Source: Candidatus Daviesbacteria bacterium
GTDB lineage: Bacteria; Patescibacteriota; Microgenomatia; Daviesbacterales; UBA10151
Assembly: GCA_016195715.1 (NCBI GenBank)
Contig: JACPZA010000031.1
Span: 60,336 to 124,335, forward strand
DNA length: 64,000 bases
Direction: 5' to 3'
This document shows positions 42,788 through 51,369 of the stretch, one piece after another. The notes under the pieces are model-generated. The model was not told the origin of the DNA. It worked only from the letters and a program-made list of their open reading frames with translations, and searched no databases. Position 1 is the stretch's first letter. The number at the start of each line of letters is the position of its first letter. The translations under genes were made by a program, and so were the position numbers.

Positions 42788-43035
42788 TCAGCAGCTTGCA
42801 CTTGGGGTTCAGAGATCTGTAAACTAACTCTGACATTTTCAGCCATGGCTCGAACTGTTAGTAGCTTTCTAATAGCTTTAATCATTTGCCCACCTTTGCC
42901 AATGACTAAACCCATATCCTTGGGATCTACATTTAAATTTAAATTAACTTGACCCTCAGCAGATTCTTCAGTGATTAAAACTACTTCTGGATTTGAAACA
43001 ATATTTTTAACGATATAATCCACCAAGTCCTTCAT
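42784..43035 (-). CDS. KH-domain RNA-binding protein (YlqC/UPF0109 family)
   Basis: 83 aa with a GxxG KH motif (VIGKGGQMIKAIR). It occupies the conserved position between rpsP and trmD. Confidence 0.7.
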   Translation of the reverse strand: MKDLVDYIVKNIVSNPEVVLITEESAEGQVNLNLNVDPKDMGLVIGKGGQMIKAIRKLLTVRAMAENVRVSLQISEPQVQAAE

Positions 43036-43037
43036 CT

Positions 43038-43463
43038 TTATTTCTCTTTCTTTTCTTCAGGTTGAGCTTCCTCCACTTCTGGCTTGGGTTGTTCAGCTTC
43101 CACTTTAGGTTCCTCTGCTGGTTTTTCCTCGCCCGATGTACCTTTAGCGGAGGTGGGTTCTTCAGGTTGAGCTGGTTGTTCCGCAGGAGCAGCTGCTTTT
43201 TCTTTCTTGGGTTTTCTGGGAGGCCTTTGTGGAGCTTTGCCGGTCATTCTTAAAAATCCATCTGATAATACAGCTCCTTTTTTAATCCATTGATCAACTT
43301 TTTTTTCATCTAATTTAATTTCTTTTGGGTTAGTAAGTGGGTTAAATGTTCCAAGTAAATCTAAATATCCACCACTTCTTTTTTTGCGTTCATCAATAGC
43401 CACCACTCTATAAAATGGTCTTTTTTTCGCTCCTATTCGCATTAATCTAATTTTTACCGGCAT
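43038..43463 (-). CDS. rpsP: 30S ribosomal protein S16 with acidic/Pro-rich C-terminal extension
   Basis: The core reads MPVKIRLMRIGAKKRPFYRVVAIDERKKRSG. An ~60-aa KPEEP-rich tail is appended. Confidence 0.9.
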   Translation of the reverse strand: MPVKIRLMRIGAKKRPFYRVVAIDERKKRSGGYLDLLGTFNPLTNPKEIKLDEKKVDQWIKKGAVLSDGFLRMTGKAPQRPPRKPKKEKAAAPAEQPAQPEEPTSAKGTSGEEKPAEEPKVEAEQPKPEVEEAQPEEKKEK

Positions 43464-43613
43464 ATAAGTTTATGGTAGTTCTCGACTATCGCTCGAACAA
43501 TACTTCGATACAGTCTCAGTACAAGTATTCTTCGACCAAAGTGGAGAAGTACATACCTTTTTGTCTTGGTAAGTATACTGGATCAAGCTTAGAAACGTCA
43601 ACTAAGAAGCCAT

Positions 43614-44309
43614 TTATCCTTGTTCTAAACTTTTTAAAGCAGTTTTAGCAGCAGCTTCTTCAGCAGTTTGTTTAGATAAACCTTCTCCTTCACCAATTTT
43701 CTCCCCTTGTAAAAAAACTCCAACTGTAAAGTGTTTAGCATGATCTGGTCCTTCAGTTTTTAAAATTTTATATTTTGGTGATTGTTTGGTGCTAATTTGG
43801 GAAAGCTCCTGGAGTTTAGACTTTGCATCTTTGGGTGGACCAACTTTTAACTCTTCTTCAAATAAAACTAATAAGTTGTCTTCCACAAATTTCTCCGCAT
43901 TTTTTAATCCTTGGCTTAAATAGATTGCCCCAAGTAAAGCTTCAAAAGTATTAGCTAAAAGTTGAGGATTTTCTCTACCACCAGAGCGTTCTTCGCCCTT
44001 GGACATCCTTAAATATTTTCCCAACTTTAAATTTTTAGCAGCTTTAGCTAAGGAGGCTGTTTTAACAATAAAAGAACGCAAATTAGTTAACTCTCCTTCT
44101 GCATCCGAACCTCTTGTGGAAAATAAAAAAGTTGAGATTATGAAAGATAAAACTGAATCGCCTAAAAACTCAAGTCTTTCATTAGACTGCTTTTCTGCTG
44201 GGTATTCATTTAAGTAAGATCGATGGGTAAATGCAGTTTTAAATAAGGGATCCGTTAATAAACTTTCATCAAACATAAAAAGGGAATTATTCCAAGAGTA
44301 AATCCTCAA
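43614..44309 (-). CDS. rnc: Ribonuclease III
   Basis: The RNase III signature ERLEFLGDSVL is present with a C-terminal dsRBD (..GPDHAKHFTVGV..). Confidence 0.9.
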   Translation of the reverse strand: MRIYSWNNSLFMFDESLLTDPLFKTAFTHRSYLNEYPAEKQSNERLEFLGDSVLSFIISTFLFSTRGSDAEGELTNLRSFIVKTASLAKAAKNLKLGKYLRMSKGEERSGGRENPQLLANTFEALLGAIYLSQGLKNAEKFVEDNLLVLFEEELKVGPPKDAKSKLQELSQISTKQSPKYKILKTEGPDHAKHFTVGVFLQGEKIGEGEGLSKQTAEEAAAKTALKSLEQG

Positions 44310-44550
44310 TAATCACTACTAAATCACTGACAGTTTCAATTTCTTCAATCTCGGTGGGATCAAAAGTGATATTAAATTTATTTGAGAGTTCAGATAATAA
44401 ATCCGCTCGCTCCAGTGGGCCTAGTCCTAAATCAGTTTCTAAATTAGAATTTGTATCAATATCTTGAGGAGTGACTCCTAAATGTTTAGCAATTGCTGCA
44501 ACTATTTCTCTAGTTTGATCGTTCATAAAAATTTGGACATTTTCGGACAA
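44287..44550 (-). CDS. Acyl carrier protein-like four-helix protein lacking the phosphopantetheine-attachment serine
   Basis: Helix II reads DLGLGPLERADLLSELSNKF against the canonical [20 protein letters not shown], with Pro in place of the conserved Ser. It is upstream of rnc, as acpP is in many bacteria. Confidence 0.5.
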   Translation of the reverse strand: MSENVQIFMNDQTREIVAAIAKHLGVTPQDIDTNSNLETDLGLGPLERADLLSELSNKFNITFDPTEIEEIETVSDLVVIIEDLLLE

Positions 44551-44616
44551 ACTTTAACCTATCTTAAGTTTTTCTACCGAAAAGTCCAGTCCAGTTTTTT
44601 TGTTATTTAAGAAATT

Positions 44617-45000
44617 TTATTTATCAATACCTATCTTCTCTTCTGTAATTACTTTTCCTAAAACTCCATTTACAAAGCTAGATGATGACTCACTACCATA
44701 TTCTTTCGCAATCTCTATTGCTTCGTCAACTACTACTTTTGGAGGAGTAATACTTTCAAATACTAATTCAAAAATTGCTAGTCTTAATATAGCTAAATCT
44801 ATTTTATTAATTTTGTCAATTGGCCAAGATGGAGCAGTTTTTTCAATTATTTGATCAATCTTAGCTAAATTTGCATGAATTTTTTTAAGAACTTTATTTA
44901 TCTCTGGATCGCTTGATAAATTTTCACTTTCTTTACGAGCAAATAGCCCTTGTATGATTTTAATTCTTCTTAAATGCCTTGGGTCTTTAGATGTTTTCAT
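44617..45000 (-). CDS. nusB: Transcription antitermination factor NusB
   Basis: The N-terminus is DPRHLRRIKIIQGLF. It is all-helical, ~127 aa, with AIFEL-like motif AILRLAIFEL. Confidence 0.8.
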   Translation of the reverse strand: MKTSKDPRHLRRIKIIQGLFARKESENLSSDPEINKVLKKIHANLAKIDQIIEKTAPSWPIDKINKIDLAILRLAIFELVFESITPPKVVVDEAIEIAKEYGSESSSSFVNGVLGKVITEEKIGIDK

Positions 45001-45072
45001 AAATCAAAGTATAATAAATACAAAAGTAACAAGTAAAAAGTTATTTTTCAAGTAAGTTACCAAGATAAAGTA

Positions 45073-45276
45073 TTATAAGAACTCTAAATAGGACTGGTAG
45101 AGAATAGTTGCCATCGATTTTTGTGATTCGCGAGATAACCAGTTTGAAAACGGTGCATCAAGCTGTCTCAGAGTATAAACGAACACTGGTAAGCGATTTG
45201 GCTCAAGGTCTCCTAAAGTTACCCCTCTACCTATTTCTGTACTTTGATAATAACTAACTCTTGGTTCTCTATCCAT
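45073..45276 (-). CDS. Hypothetical small protein (uncertain)
   Basis: A 67-aa ORF with no recognisable family, in the slot where a DUF177/YceD gene often precedes rpmF. Confidence 0.2.
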   Translation of the reverse strand: MDREPRVSYYQSTEIGRGVTLGDLEPNRLPVFVYTLRQLDAPFSNWLSRESQKSMATILYQSYLEFL

Positions 45277-45277
45277 T

Positions 45278-45484
45278 TTAATTTGCTCTAGTTACAATTG
45301 CTTTTTGTTTAATTTCTCTAGTTTGTTTGCCAGCGTAGAAGCCACAACTGCGGCAGGCCATGTGGGCTAGAGTTTTTTCTTTGCAATTTTTGCAAACAAT
45401 TAAATTCGCAGCTTCTAATCTAATAGAAGCTCTTCTGATTCTTTTGACTGCTTTACTATGTTTTTTCTTTGGTTCGTGTGGCAT
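45278..45484 (-). CDS. rpmF: 50S ribosomal protein L32
   Basis: A basic N-terminus (KKKHSKAVKRIRRA) precedes a zinc-ribbon CKNC..CRSC followed by GFYAGKQ. Confidence 0.75.
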   Translation of the reverse strand: MPHEPKKKHSKAVKRIRRASIRLEAANLIVCKNCKEKTLAHMACRSCGFYAGKQTREIKQKAIVTRAN

Positions 45485-45494
45485 ATAAACTTCT

Positions 45495-47516
45495 TTAATC
45501 AGGCATTACTTCCTGGCTAATCTCTGCTAATTTTGCCTTGAGAAGCGGGTATTTGTCAAGTGAAACATCTTCTTTTAATATTTGCCCTGCCTTGTTTCTG
45601 GTTTGTTCAAGCAAAGTTAAATCAGAAAATGAGGCTATTTTTAAATTAAACCTGCCAGATTGGGCTGTCCCAAAAATTTCTCCAGAGCCTCTAATTTTTA
45701 AATCCAGTTCAGCTAACTCAAGCCCATTTTGAGTTCTCTCTAAATTTTTTAGTCTGTTTAAAACTGAAGAATTTTCATTTTCAGCAAATAAAAAACAAAA
45801 TGATTCTTTCTCTCCTCTACCAACTCTACCTCTAAGTTGATGCAATTGGGCTAATCCAAATCTCTCAGCTCCCTCAACTATCATAATAGTAGCATTAGCT
45901 ACATCTACCCCAACCTCCACCACAGAGGTAGAAACTAAAATATCAGTTTTCCCATCTTTAAAATCATTAATTGCAAGTTCCTTTTCGCTAGATTTCAATC
46001 TACCATGAAGTAAGCCTAATTTTAATTTTGGGAAAACTTTTTTTAAATTTTCAAATTCTATTTTGGCAGCTTTAACGCTAGTTTGAGTTTCAGAGGGTTC
46101 GATAAATGGAGTAATAATATAAACTTGGTCTCCTGCTTTGACTTTTTTTTCAATAAATTTATATGAATCTAATCTTTTTTTATTTGGCACAACAAAAGTT
46201 TTAACAATTTTACGACCTTTAGGCATCTCATCAATAATGGATAAATCCAGGTCTCCATATAAAGTTAGCGCCACAGTTCGAGGAATTGGAGTTGCGGTCA
46301 TGGTTAAAAAATGGGGAATTTTAGCTTTTGAACGCAAAAAACTGCGCTGCTCTACTCCAAATCTTTGTTGTTCATCTACTACAATCAAGCCAATATTTTC
46401 TGGTAAAAGTTTTTTTGATAAAAGTGCATGGGTTCCCACAATTACATCAGCTTCTTGGGCTTTTTTCTTGCTGCCAGTGTAAATTCCAACTTTTAAATTA
46501 AATGGTTCAAGTAAGTTTTTTAAAGTTGAAAAATGTTGGAAAGCTAAAATTTCAGTTGGTGCCATGAAAAAACTCTTTAAATTATTTTGAAAAATTAAAT
46601 AACAAATTGCTGCTGCAACGACTGTTTTTCCAGAACCAACTTCTCCCTGAACTAATCTGTTCATGGGAAAATCTTTTTGTAAATCTTTAATAATTTCATC
46701 AATGACTTTAAGTTGAGCACTAGTTAATTTAAAAGGTAAACTTTTTATAAATTCTCTTAAGTTTTTTGAATTAATTTTTAAAGGCTCAAGAACTTGTTTT
46801 TTTTGCCAATTTTTACGGGTTTTTAAAGTGGCCAGTTGAATGTAAAATAACTCATCAAACCCTAATCTTTGTTTTGCTAAATCAACATCATTATAATTTT
46901 GGGGAAAATGAATTTTATTTAAAGCATCTGCTAAATTTAGCATTGAATCTTTAATGGATTCTGGAAGTGGATCTTGAATCTCTTTTAAAACTTGGGGTAA
47001 AAAACTAGCTATCTTTTGACGAAGCCATTTAGAAGTTAAACCAAAAGTTTCTGGGTAAACTGGGACAAGCCTGCCAGTATGAAGTGATGAGTTGTGGGTT
47101 GTGGGTAATTTGTCAGTCAACTTTTCCCAAACTGGAGCCATGATGGAAAGCTTATTTTTGTATTTGCTAACTTTGCCAGAAATTTGTAACTTATCTCCAA
47201 CTAAAATATTTTTAGTTAGCCAAGATTGATTAAACCAAGTTAACTCAATTGGTGAATTGCCATCATTAAAAATCGCTTGAGTTAAAATTTTTCTGGATCT
47301 AGTATAAATATTTTTAATTGACCAAATTTCTCCAACTAAGGTTACTTTCTCTCCTACTTTAGCATCCAAAGTTGTAGAGATATTAGAAAAGTCATCATAT
47401 CTAAATGGATAGTGATTAATCAAATCCTCAACGGTCAAAAGCTCAAGTTTTTCAAGCCTCCATGCTAGAGTTGGTCCAATGCCTAAGATATGGGTAAGTT
47501 TAGTATCTAAATTCAT
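45495..47516 (-). CDS. recG: ATP-dependent DNA helicase RecG
   Basis: There is an N-terminal wedge/OB domain. Helicase motif I is GEVGSGKTVVAAA, motif II is DEQQRFG, and motif VI is QLHQLRGRVGRG. Confidence 0.9.
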   Translation of the reverse strand: MNLDTKLTHILGIGPTLAWRLEKLELLTVEDLINHYPFRYDDFSNISTTLDAKVGEKVTLVGEIWSIKNIYTRSRKILTQAIFNDGNSPIELTWFNQSWLTKNILVGDKLQISGKVSKYKNKLSIMAPVWEKLTDKLPTTHNSSLHTGRLVPVYPETFGLTSKWLRQKIASFLPQVLKEIQDPLPESIKDSMLNLADALNKIHFPQNYNDVDLAKQRLGFDELFYIQLATLKTRKNWQKKQVLEPLKINSKNLREFIKSLPFKLTSAQLKVIDEIIKDLQKDFPMNRLVQGEVGSGKTVVAAAICYLIFQNNLKSFFMAPTEILAFQHFSTLKNLLEPFNLKVGIYTGSKKKAQEADVIVGTHALLSKKLLPENIGLIVVDEQQRFGVEQRSFLRSKAKIPHFLTMTATPIPRTVALTLYGDLDLSIIDEMPKGRKIVKTFVVPNKKRLDSYKFIEKKVKAGDQVYIITPFIEPSETQTSVKAAKIEFENLKKVFPKLKLGLLHGRLKSSEKELAINDFKDGKTDILVSTSVVEVGVDVANATIMIVEGAERFGLAQLHQLRGRVGRGEKESFCFLFAENENSSVLNRLKNLERTQNGLELAELDLKIRGSGEIFGTAQSGRFNLKIASFSDLTLLEQTRNKAGQILKEDVSLDKYPLLKAKLAEISQEVMPD

Positions 47517-47585
47517 TTGAGAGAATTATACAACTTAAATATCTTTGCTTGATTTTTTATAGCCCGATAGTATAAAATAAAACTG

Positions 47586-48263
47586 ATGGAAAGATCAGCT
47601 GAATATTTAAATTCTTTCGCTAGGGCAAGTACTGAGTCTTTTGTTAACGTGCCAGAAGATACTACGAGTTGGAAAGAATATGCCAAACAAAGGCTTGATT
47701 CTCTTAATCAACAAAGAGAAGAAACTAAAGAACACACAGGCAAAGAGTATAAAAGGGTCCGCTCAAATGCTTATAGAAGGATCAGATACTGGGAAACTAA
47801 ATGGCGCGATCTTTTGACAGACTTAGAATCAACTATACCAGCTTCAAGAAATAGTGGGATTTCAATTCAAGAAACTTCAAATGAGAAGGCTCTTATGCTG
47901 GAACAAAAGACTCAGATTCCTCAGAAAAGAAGATCTAGAGATTTAGCCATGAGCGCTTTAATTGATTTTGTTAATCAGCGAAAAGAGATTGTCGCACAGT
48001 GGGCTCCTCAGCCATTTGAAAGCGATGGTGTTGTTTCGCAACCAAAACCTTTTAATACAAGAAGATTAGGACCAGGAACTCTAGCTAGACTATTTAGAAA
48101 TAGATTGCCCGAATGGAGAGAAAATACTGATGGGATTAGTCCATTTATTGACGAACTTTATCTGCAAAGACCTACAGTTCCTCAGCCTATTAGACAATTA
48201 GGAAGACTTATTGCTACAGGATTAGAAGTTACTCGTCAACAACCCATAAGCAAAGCTTCTTAA
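47586..48263 (+). CDS. Hypothetical protein (Arg/Glu-rich, GC-elevated)
   Basis: A 225-aa ORF in a locally GC-elevated (~43%) segment, with no recognisable motifs. Confidence 0.35.
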   Translation: MERSAEYLNSFARASTESFVNVPEDTTSWKEYAKQRLDSLNQQREETKEHTGKEYKRVRSNAYRRIRYWETKWRDLLTDLESTIPASRNSGISIQETSNEKALMLEQKTQIPQKRRSRDLAMSALIDFVNQRKEIVAQWAPQPFESDGVVSQPKPFNTRRLGPGTLARLFRNRLPEWRENTDGISPFIDELYLQRPTVPQPIRQLGRLIATGLEVTRQQPISKAS

Positions 48264-48435
48264 ATTTATCTGCTATAAAAAAGGGGTAAAAGAGAAAAAA
48301 CAATTAGAGAAATTGTGCCAACAGCAGTAATTATTATCCAAACCCATTTATATTTTTTAGATATATTATCCATAAATCAATTTTAACACAAAGTTTAGTC
48401 TTGTCAGTTCTTTAAGCAAGCAGTATATTATTTTC

Positions 48436-48744
48436 ATGGCTCAAGGATTCCCTGAGATGAGTGGTAGTAGAGTTTTTGTAGATGCGCTTGCTGCAGCTTA
48501 TAGAGGTGAAAGAATGTTTGGACCTCTTCAGAGGAGAAGTAAACCACCATTCATTAGGTTAAACTCTCACCAAATTGAACAAATTGCTGGCTTTGTAGGA
48601 ACCATTACTGCTTTATCTCTAGTAGCAAAACATCCAAATAAAGATAGGCTAGAATTTTTAATACCCAGAGTTGTTGAAGGTTGGAATGTAGGTGTTTATG
48701 CTGCTAGAACAATCGAAGGATTAATGTACCCACCTACTACTTAG
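48436..48744 (+). CDS. Hypothetical protein
   Basis: A 102-aa ORF in the same GC-elevated segment. Confidence 0.3.
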   Translation: MAQGFPEMSGSRVFVDALAAAYRGERMFGPLQRRSKPPFIRLNSHQIEQIAGFVGTITALSLVAKHPNKDRLEFLIPRVVEGWNVGVYAARTIEGLMYPPTT

Positions 48745-49843
48745 AAGTTAATTTTTCAATCTCTTGCAAAGCTGCTTGCCTTTTGGGATCTTCAAAATAC
48801 TTTCTAGCTGGTTCAAGTTTTTTTATTAACCATTCAGCAACAGCTAACTTTAAATCTTGAGGATGAAGTTTTTTCTCTGCATAATCTTTTTCTAAATCTT
48901 GATAAGAATTATAACTTAAATCCCCTCCCCATTTTGGATCCCTTTTAATAGTAAAAGTAGTGTTTTCTTCATAAAAAATTAAATGCTTAACCCAGTCTAA
49001 AATAGGGTTAAATTCTATCACTCCTTCTGGAGCATAGGCACCATTGATTTTTCTTTTGATAGTCTCAGAATCATCATGGATAAAAATAGCAGAATCAGGT
49101 TTGGACTTGCTCATTTTTGCAGCTTCTAAATCCATAACTTTTTTGCCAGTTTCTGAGTCGTCAACTAAAATAGGAGGTAAAAGTCCTTGCAATAAATGAG
49201 TATGAATAGCTATTGGTTTTTGGTAACCTAATTCAACTGCGCAGTCTCTGGCAACAATATGAACATTTCTTTGATCAGTTCCAGCATGAGCAATATTAAT
49301 TCCCATCATAAAAATATCTGCAGACTGCATTGCTGGATAAATCAACATAGCAGAATCAGTTACCTCAGCCTCTTTTCTGCCCATAATAGTAGTACTTCTG
49401 AGCATTCTAGATAAGGTTGTGGCTTTAGAGACCCTTACCACTGTTGCCCAATAATCTAATCCTAGCTTTTGATAAAGTTCACTGCCCAAAACAAAATTAA
49501 TTTTTTCAGGATCTGCTCCAACACAAAGAGCGCTAGCTTTAAATGCTTCCATTAAATAATTTTTGCCAACTTTGGTAATAGTTTCTAGTTCGCCATCTAA
49601 TTTTTTATTTAACCAAGCGTGCCAGTCAGCCAAGAAAACCGTCACCTCTACTCCAGCTTCTTGCAGGTCTTTAATTTTCATTAAAGTATACAGACCTTGA
49701 CCAATATGCAAAATTCCTGAAACTTCATAACCAATATAATGTTTTAAAGGGGTTCCAGAATCTATTAAAGCTTTTAGTTCTTCTTCAGTTAAAACTTCTT
49801 CTAGATTTCTGGTTATTAATTTAATTTTTTCTTCAGTTGTCAT
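48737..49843 (-). CDS. tyrS: Tyrosine--tRNA ligase, archaeal/eukaryotic type (class Ic; TrpRS not fully excluded)
   Basis: A HIGH-like motif (GILHIGQG), an ADWHA motif (archaeal TyrRS has ADLHAYLN), YPAMQSADI...GTDQRNVHIVARD, and KMSKS followed by ..KRKINGAYAPEG (compare archaeal TyrRS KKAYCPAG). Confidence 0.65.
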   Translation of the reverse strand: MTTEEKIKLITRNLEEVLTEEELKALIDSGTPLKHYIGYEVSGILHIGQGLYTLMKIKDLQEAGVEVTVFLADWHAWLNKKLDGELETITKVGKNYLMEAFKASALCVGADPEKINFVLGSELYQKLGLDYWATVVRVSKATTLSRMLRSTTIMGRKEAEVTDSAMLIYPAMQSADIFMMGINIAHAGTDQRNVHIVARDCAVELGYQKPIAIHTHLLQGLLPPILVDDSETGKKVMDLEAAKMSKSKPDSAIFIHDDSETIKRKINGAYAPEGVIEFNPILDWVKHLIFYEENTTFTIKRDPKWGGDLSYNSYQDLEKDYAEKKLHPQDLKLAVAEWLIKKLEPARKYFEDPKRQAALQEIEKLTSK

Positions 49844-49935
49844 AAATTTTAGCTAATAAAATGTAACATAAATTTTTCCTGGGGTACAGTTGCTAGTGCA
49901 CTTCCAAAAGTACCCCAAGAAGGTAATACTCAGGA

Positions 49936-50259
49936 TCAGCCATTTTGTTCTTGGTTTGTCTTGATTAACCTGAGAACTCTTCTACCTGCGTCAAATGCTA
50001 AAGCAGCACTTAAACTTGTTAAAAGAAAAGCTGTAGTTATTGGTGAAAATCCCAAATCTAGACCTTCCTGTACAAGTTTTCCAGGTTGTAAACCCAACCA
50101 ATTTCTCTCACCAGTGATCATAGTCTGTAAATGCTCAGTTCTGCCGCTAGCTAAATCATTAGTAAGGTTAAAAAAGTCTGGTTCACATGCTCCAACGACC
50201 CCTTCTCCTAGCGCAATTGCTGCTTCAGCTGCGATATCAGATTTATTTTTACTTTCCAT
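49936..50259 (-). CDS. Small protein directly downstream of T-box leader; weak Asp23/Gls24 (DUF322)-like N-terminus
   Basis: A strong SD (AAAGGAGGUGA) lies 6 nt upstream of the ATG at 50259. The N-terminus KSDIAAEAAIALGEGVVGA..LTNDLASG resembles the Asp23 family motif. Confidence 0.35.
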   Translation of the reverse strand: MESKNKSDIAAEAAIALGEGVVGACEPDFFNLTNDLASGRTEHLQTMITGERNWLGLQPGKLVQEGLDLGFSPITTAFLLTSLSAALAFDAGRRVLRLIKTNQEQNG

Positions 50260-50289
50260 TATTCTCACCTCCTTTTAGGGCTAAATTTT

Positions 50290-50624
50290 TAACAAAAAAA
50301 CCCTTGTCTGATTACCAAAATTGATAAACAGACAAGGGCCAACAAAAATGGCGTTACCACCTTGTATTTAAATCTATTAAAAAACAGGCCGTGTCGCCTG
50401 TTAACTTAAAGATTTCTTTAAGTGCTCCGATTATTCGACACACTCTTTTCGCTATTACGGTGCTGCCCGGCATGCCTTAATTTGAGTTCTCATTTCAGGG
50501 TGCAACTCAGGAGGGTAATTCAAAATAAACTTTTCGCTAAGCTTTCACCAACCGCTTAGTCTCTTTTGTCTACCAGTTTACTTCTACTCTTTCTCCTTCA
50601 ACGTCTTTCAAATATTAAATTGTA
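50290..50624 (-). promoter_or_regulatory. T-box riboswitch leader, tyrosine-specific (specifier UAC, discriminator-reading bulge UGGU)
   Basis: Minus-strand RNA shows AGAG/AGUA boxes and a GGUGA distal motif. The candidate specifier is GAA-UUAC-C. The T-box sequence AAGGUGGUAACGCC matches 10/12 of GGUGGNACCGCG. The antiterminator is ACAAGG / 7-nt bulge UGGUAAC / GCCA-loop-UGGC / CCUUGU, overlapping the 5' half of the terminator. Confidence 0.6.
50294..50338 (-). terminator. Rho-independent terminator (T-box leader terminator)
   Basis: The minus strand reads CCCUUGUCUG-(18 nt loop)-CAGACAAGGG followed by UUUUUUU. Confidence 0.65.
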
Positions 50625-50630
50625 AAATTT

Positions 50631-50659
50631 ATTATATCACAACTCTAAATTATGTCAAC
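50631..50659 (-). promoter_or_regulatory. Consensus sigma70 promoter with extended -10 driving the T-box leader
   Basis: The minus strand reads TTGACA - 16 nt - TGaTATAAT. It sits immediately downstream of the stop of ORF 50666..51268. Confidence 0.55.
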
Positions 50660-50665
50660 TATAGG

Positions 50666-51268
50666 TTACGGCGATTCTGAAAACATTTGTGAAGATCTTC
50701 TTGGGCGGGTGTGTGGAGGCATTACCAAAAAGTATTCTTCCCAGCTAACCATATTAGCGGCCATCCATCTAATTCCTCCCCAAAGCAGTCTAAAGCTTTC
50801 TATTGAAGGGTTACGAGCATAATCTTCTGCAGATATACTAATACCAAAATCCTTGTAAAAGAACCCTAACGTTAAACTTCGGGAATCTTGGCCAAGTGGT
50901 AAAGAACATCTTATTAATACTGAATCAGCGAGTCCTGTAGCTATCCCTCCTGCACTTAACTCAACTCGTGGATTAAAAGCTGACAGTTCTTCTTCCGGTT
51001 CCGCAACTAGTGTAGCAACACCAAGTTGTGAAGGTTTACGAATAACATATGCTCCAATTACTCTGGAATATTTCTTAAGTAACTCTCTACCAACAATTCG
51101 AAATGATTCTGCTAAAGTTTGAGGATCAATGCCTACTAAATTCATCAAATCTTCTGGATCATGAAATAAATCTTCCGGTGTATCAGTAATTCTTCGAAGA
51201 TTTCCTCTTGCTTGTTCTAATAGTAGTCTTTCTTTTCGGGAAAGTTTCCTTTCTTTTCTTTCAACCAT
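50666..51268 (-). CDS. Hypothetical protein (GC-elevated)
   Basis: A 200-aa ORF with ~48% GC locally and no recognisable motifs. Confidence 0.3.
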   Translation of the reverse strand: MVERKERKLSRKERLLLEQARGNLRRITDTPEDLFHDPEDLMNLVGIDPQTLAESFRIVGRELLKKYSRVIGAYVIRKPSQLGVATLVAEPEEELSAFNPRVELSAGGIATGLADSVLIRCSLPLGQDSRSLTLGFFYKDFGISISAEDYARNPSIESFRLLWGGIRWMAANMVSWEEYFLVMPPHTRPRRSSQMFSESP

Positions 51269-51369
51269 AGATTTAAAATTGTAACAGAGGTAGTTCTTAA
51301 AATCAACCTATAGTTAACCACACGAACTGATTGACTCAAGTTAAGCTTATTCAGTAAAATATTCTTGTT

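Noticed and set aside
49961-50278. Plus-strand 105-aa ORF overlapping the small minus-strand gene downstream of the T-box
   Set aside because: The minus-strand ORF has a perfect SD (AAAGGAGGUGA) and lies directly after the leader terminator. The plus-strand ORF has no start context and is antisense to it.
50290-50640. Considered RNase P RNA, tmRNA, SRP RNA or 6S RNA for the ~350-nt non-coding stretch that ends in terminators on the minus strand
   Set aside because: No P4 (GGAAAGUCCGGGCUCC / ACAGAACCCGGCUUA), tmRNA 3' tRNA-like end or SRP domain IV motifs are present. The T-box motif, the antiterminator geometry and the Tyr specifier explain the region better.
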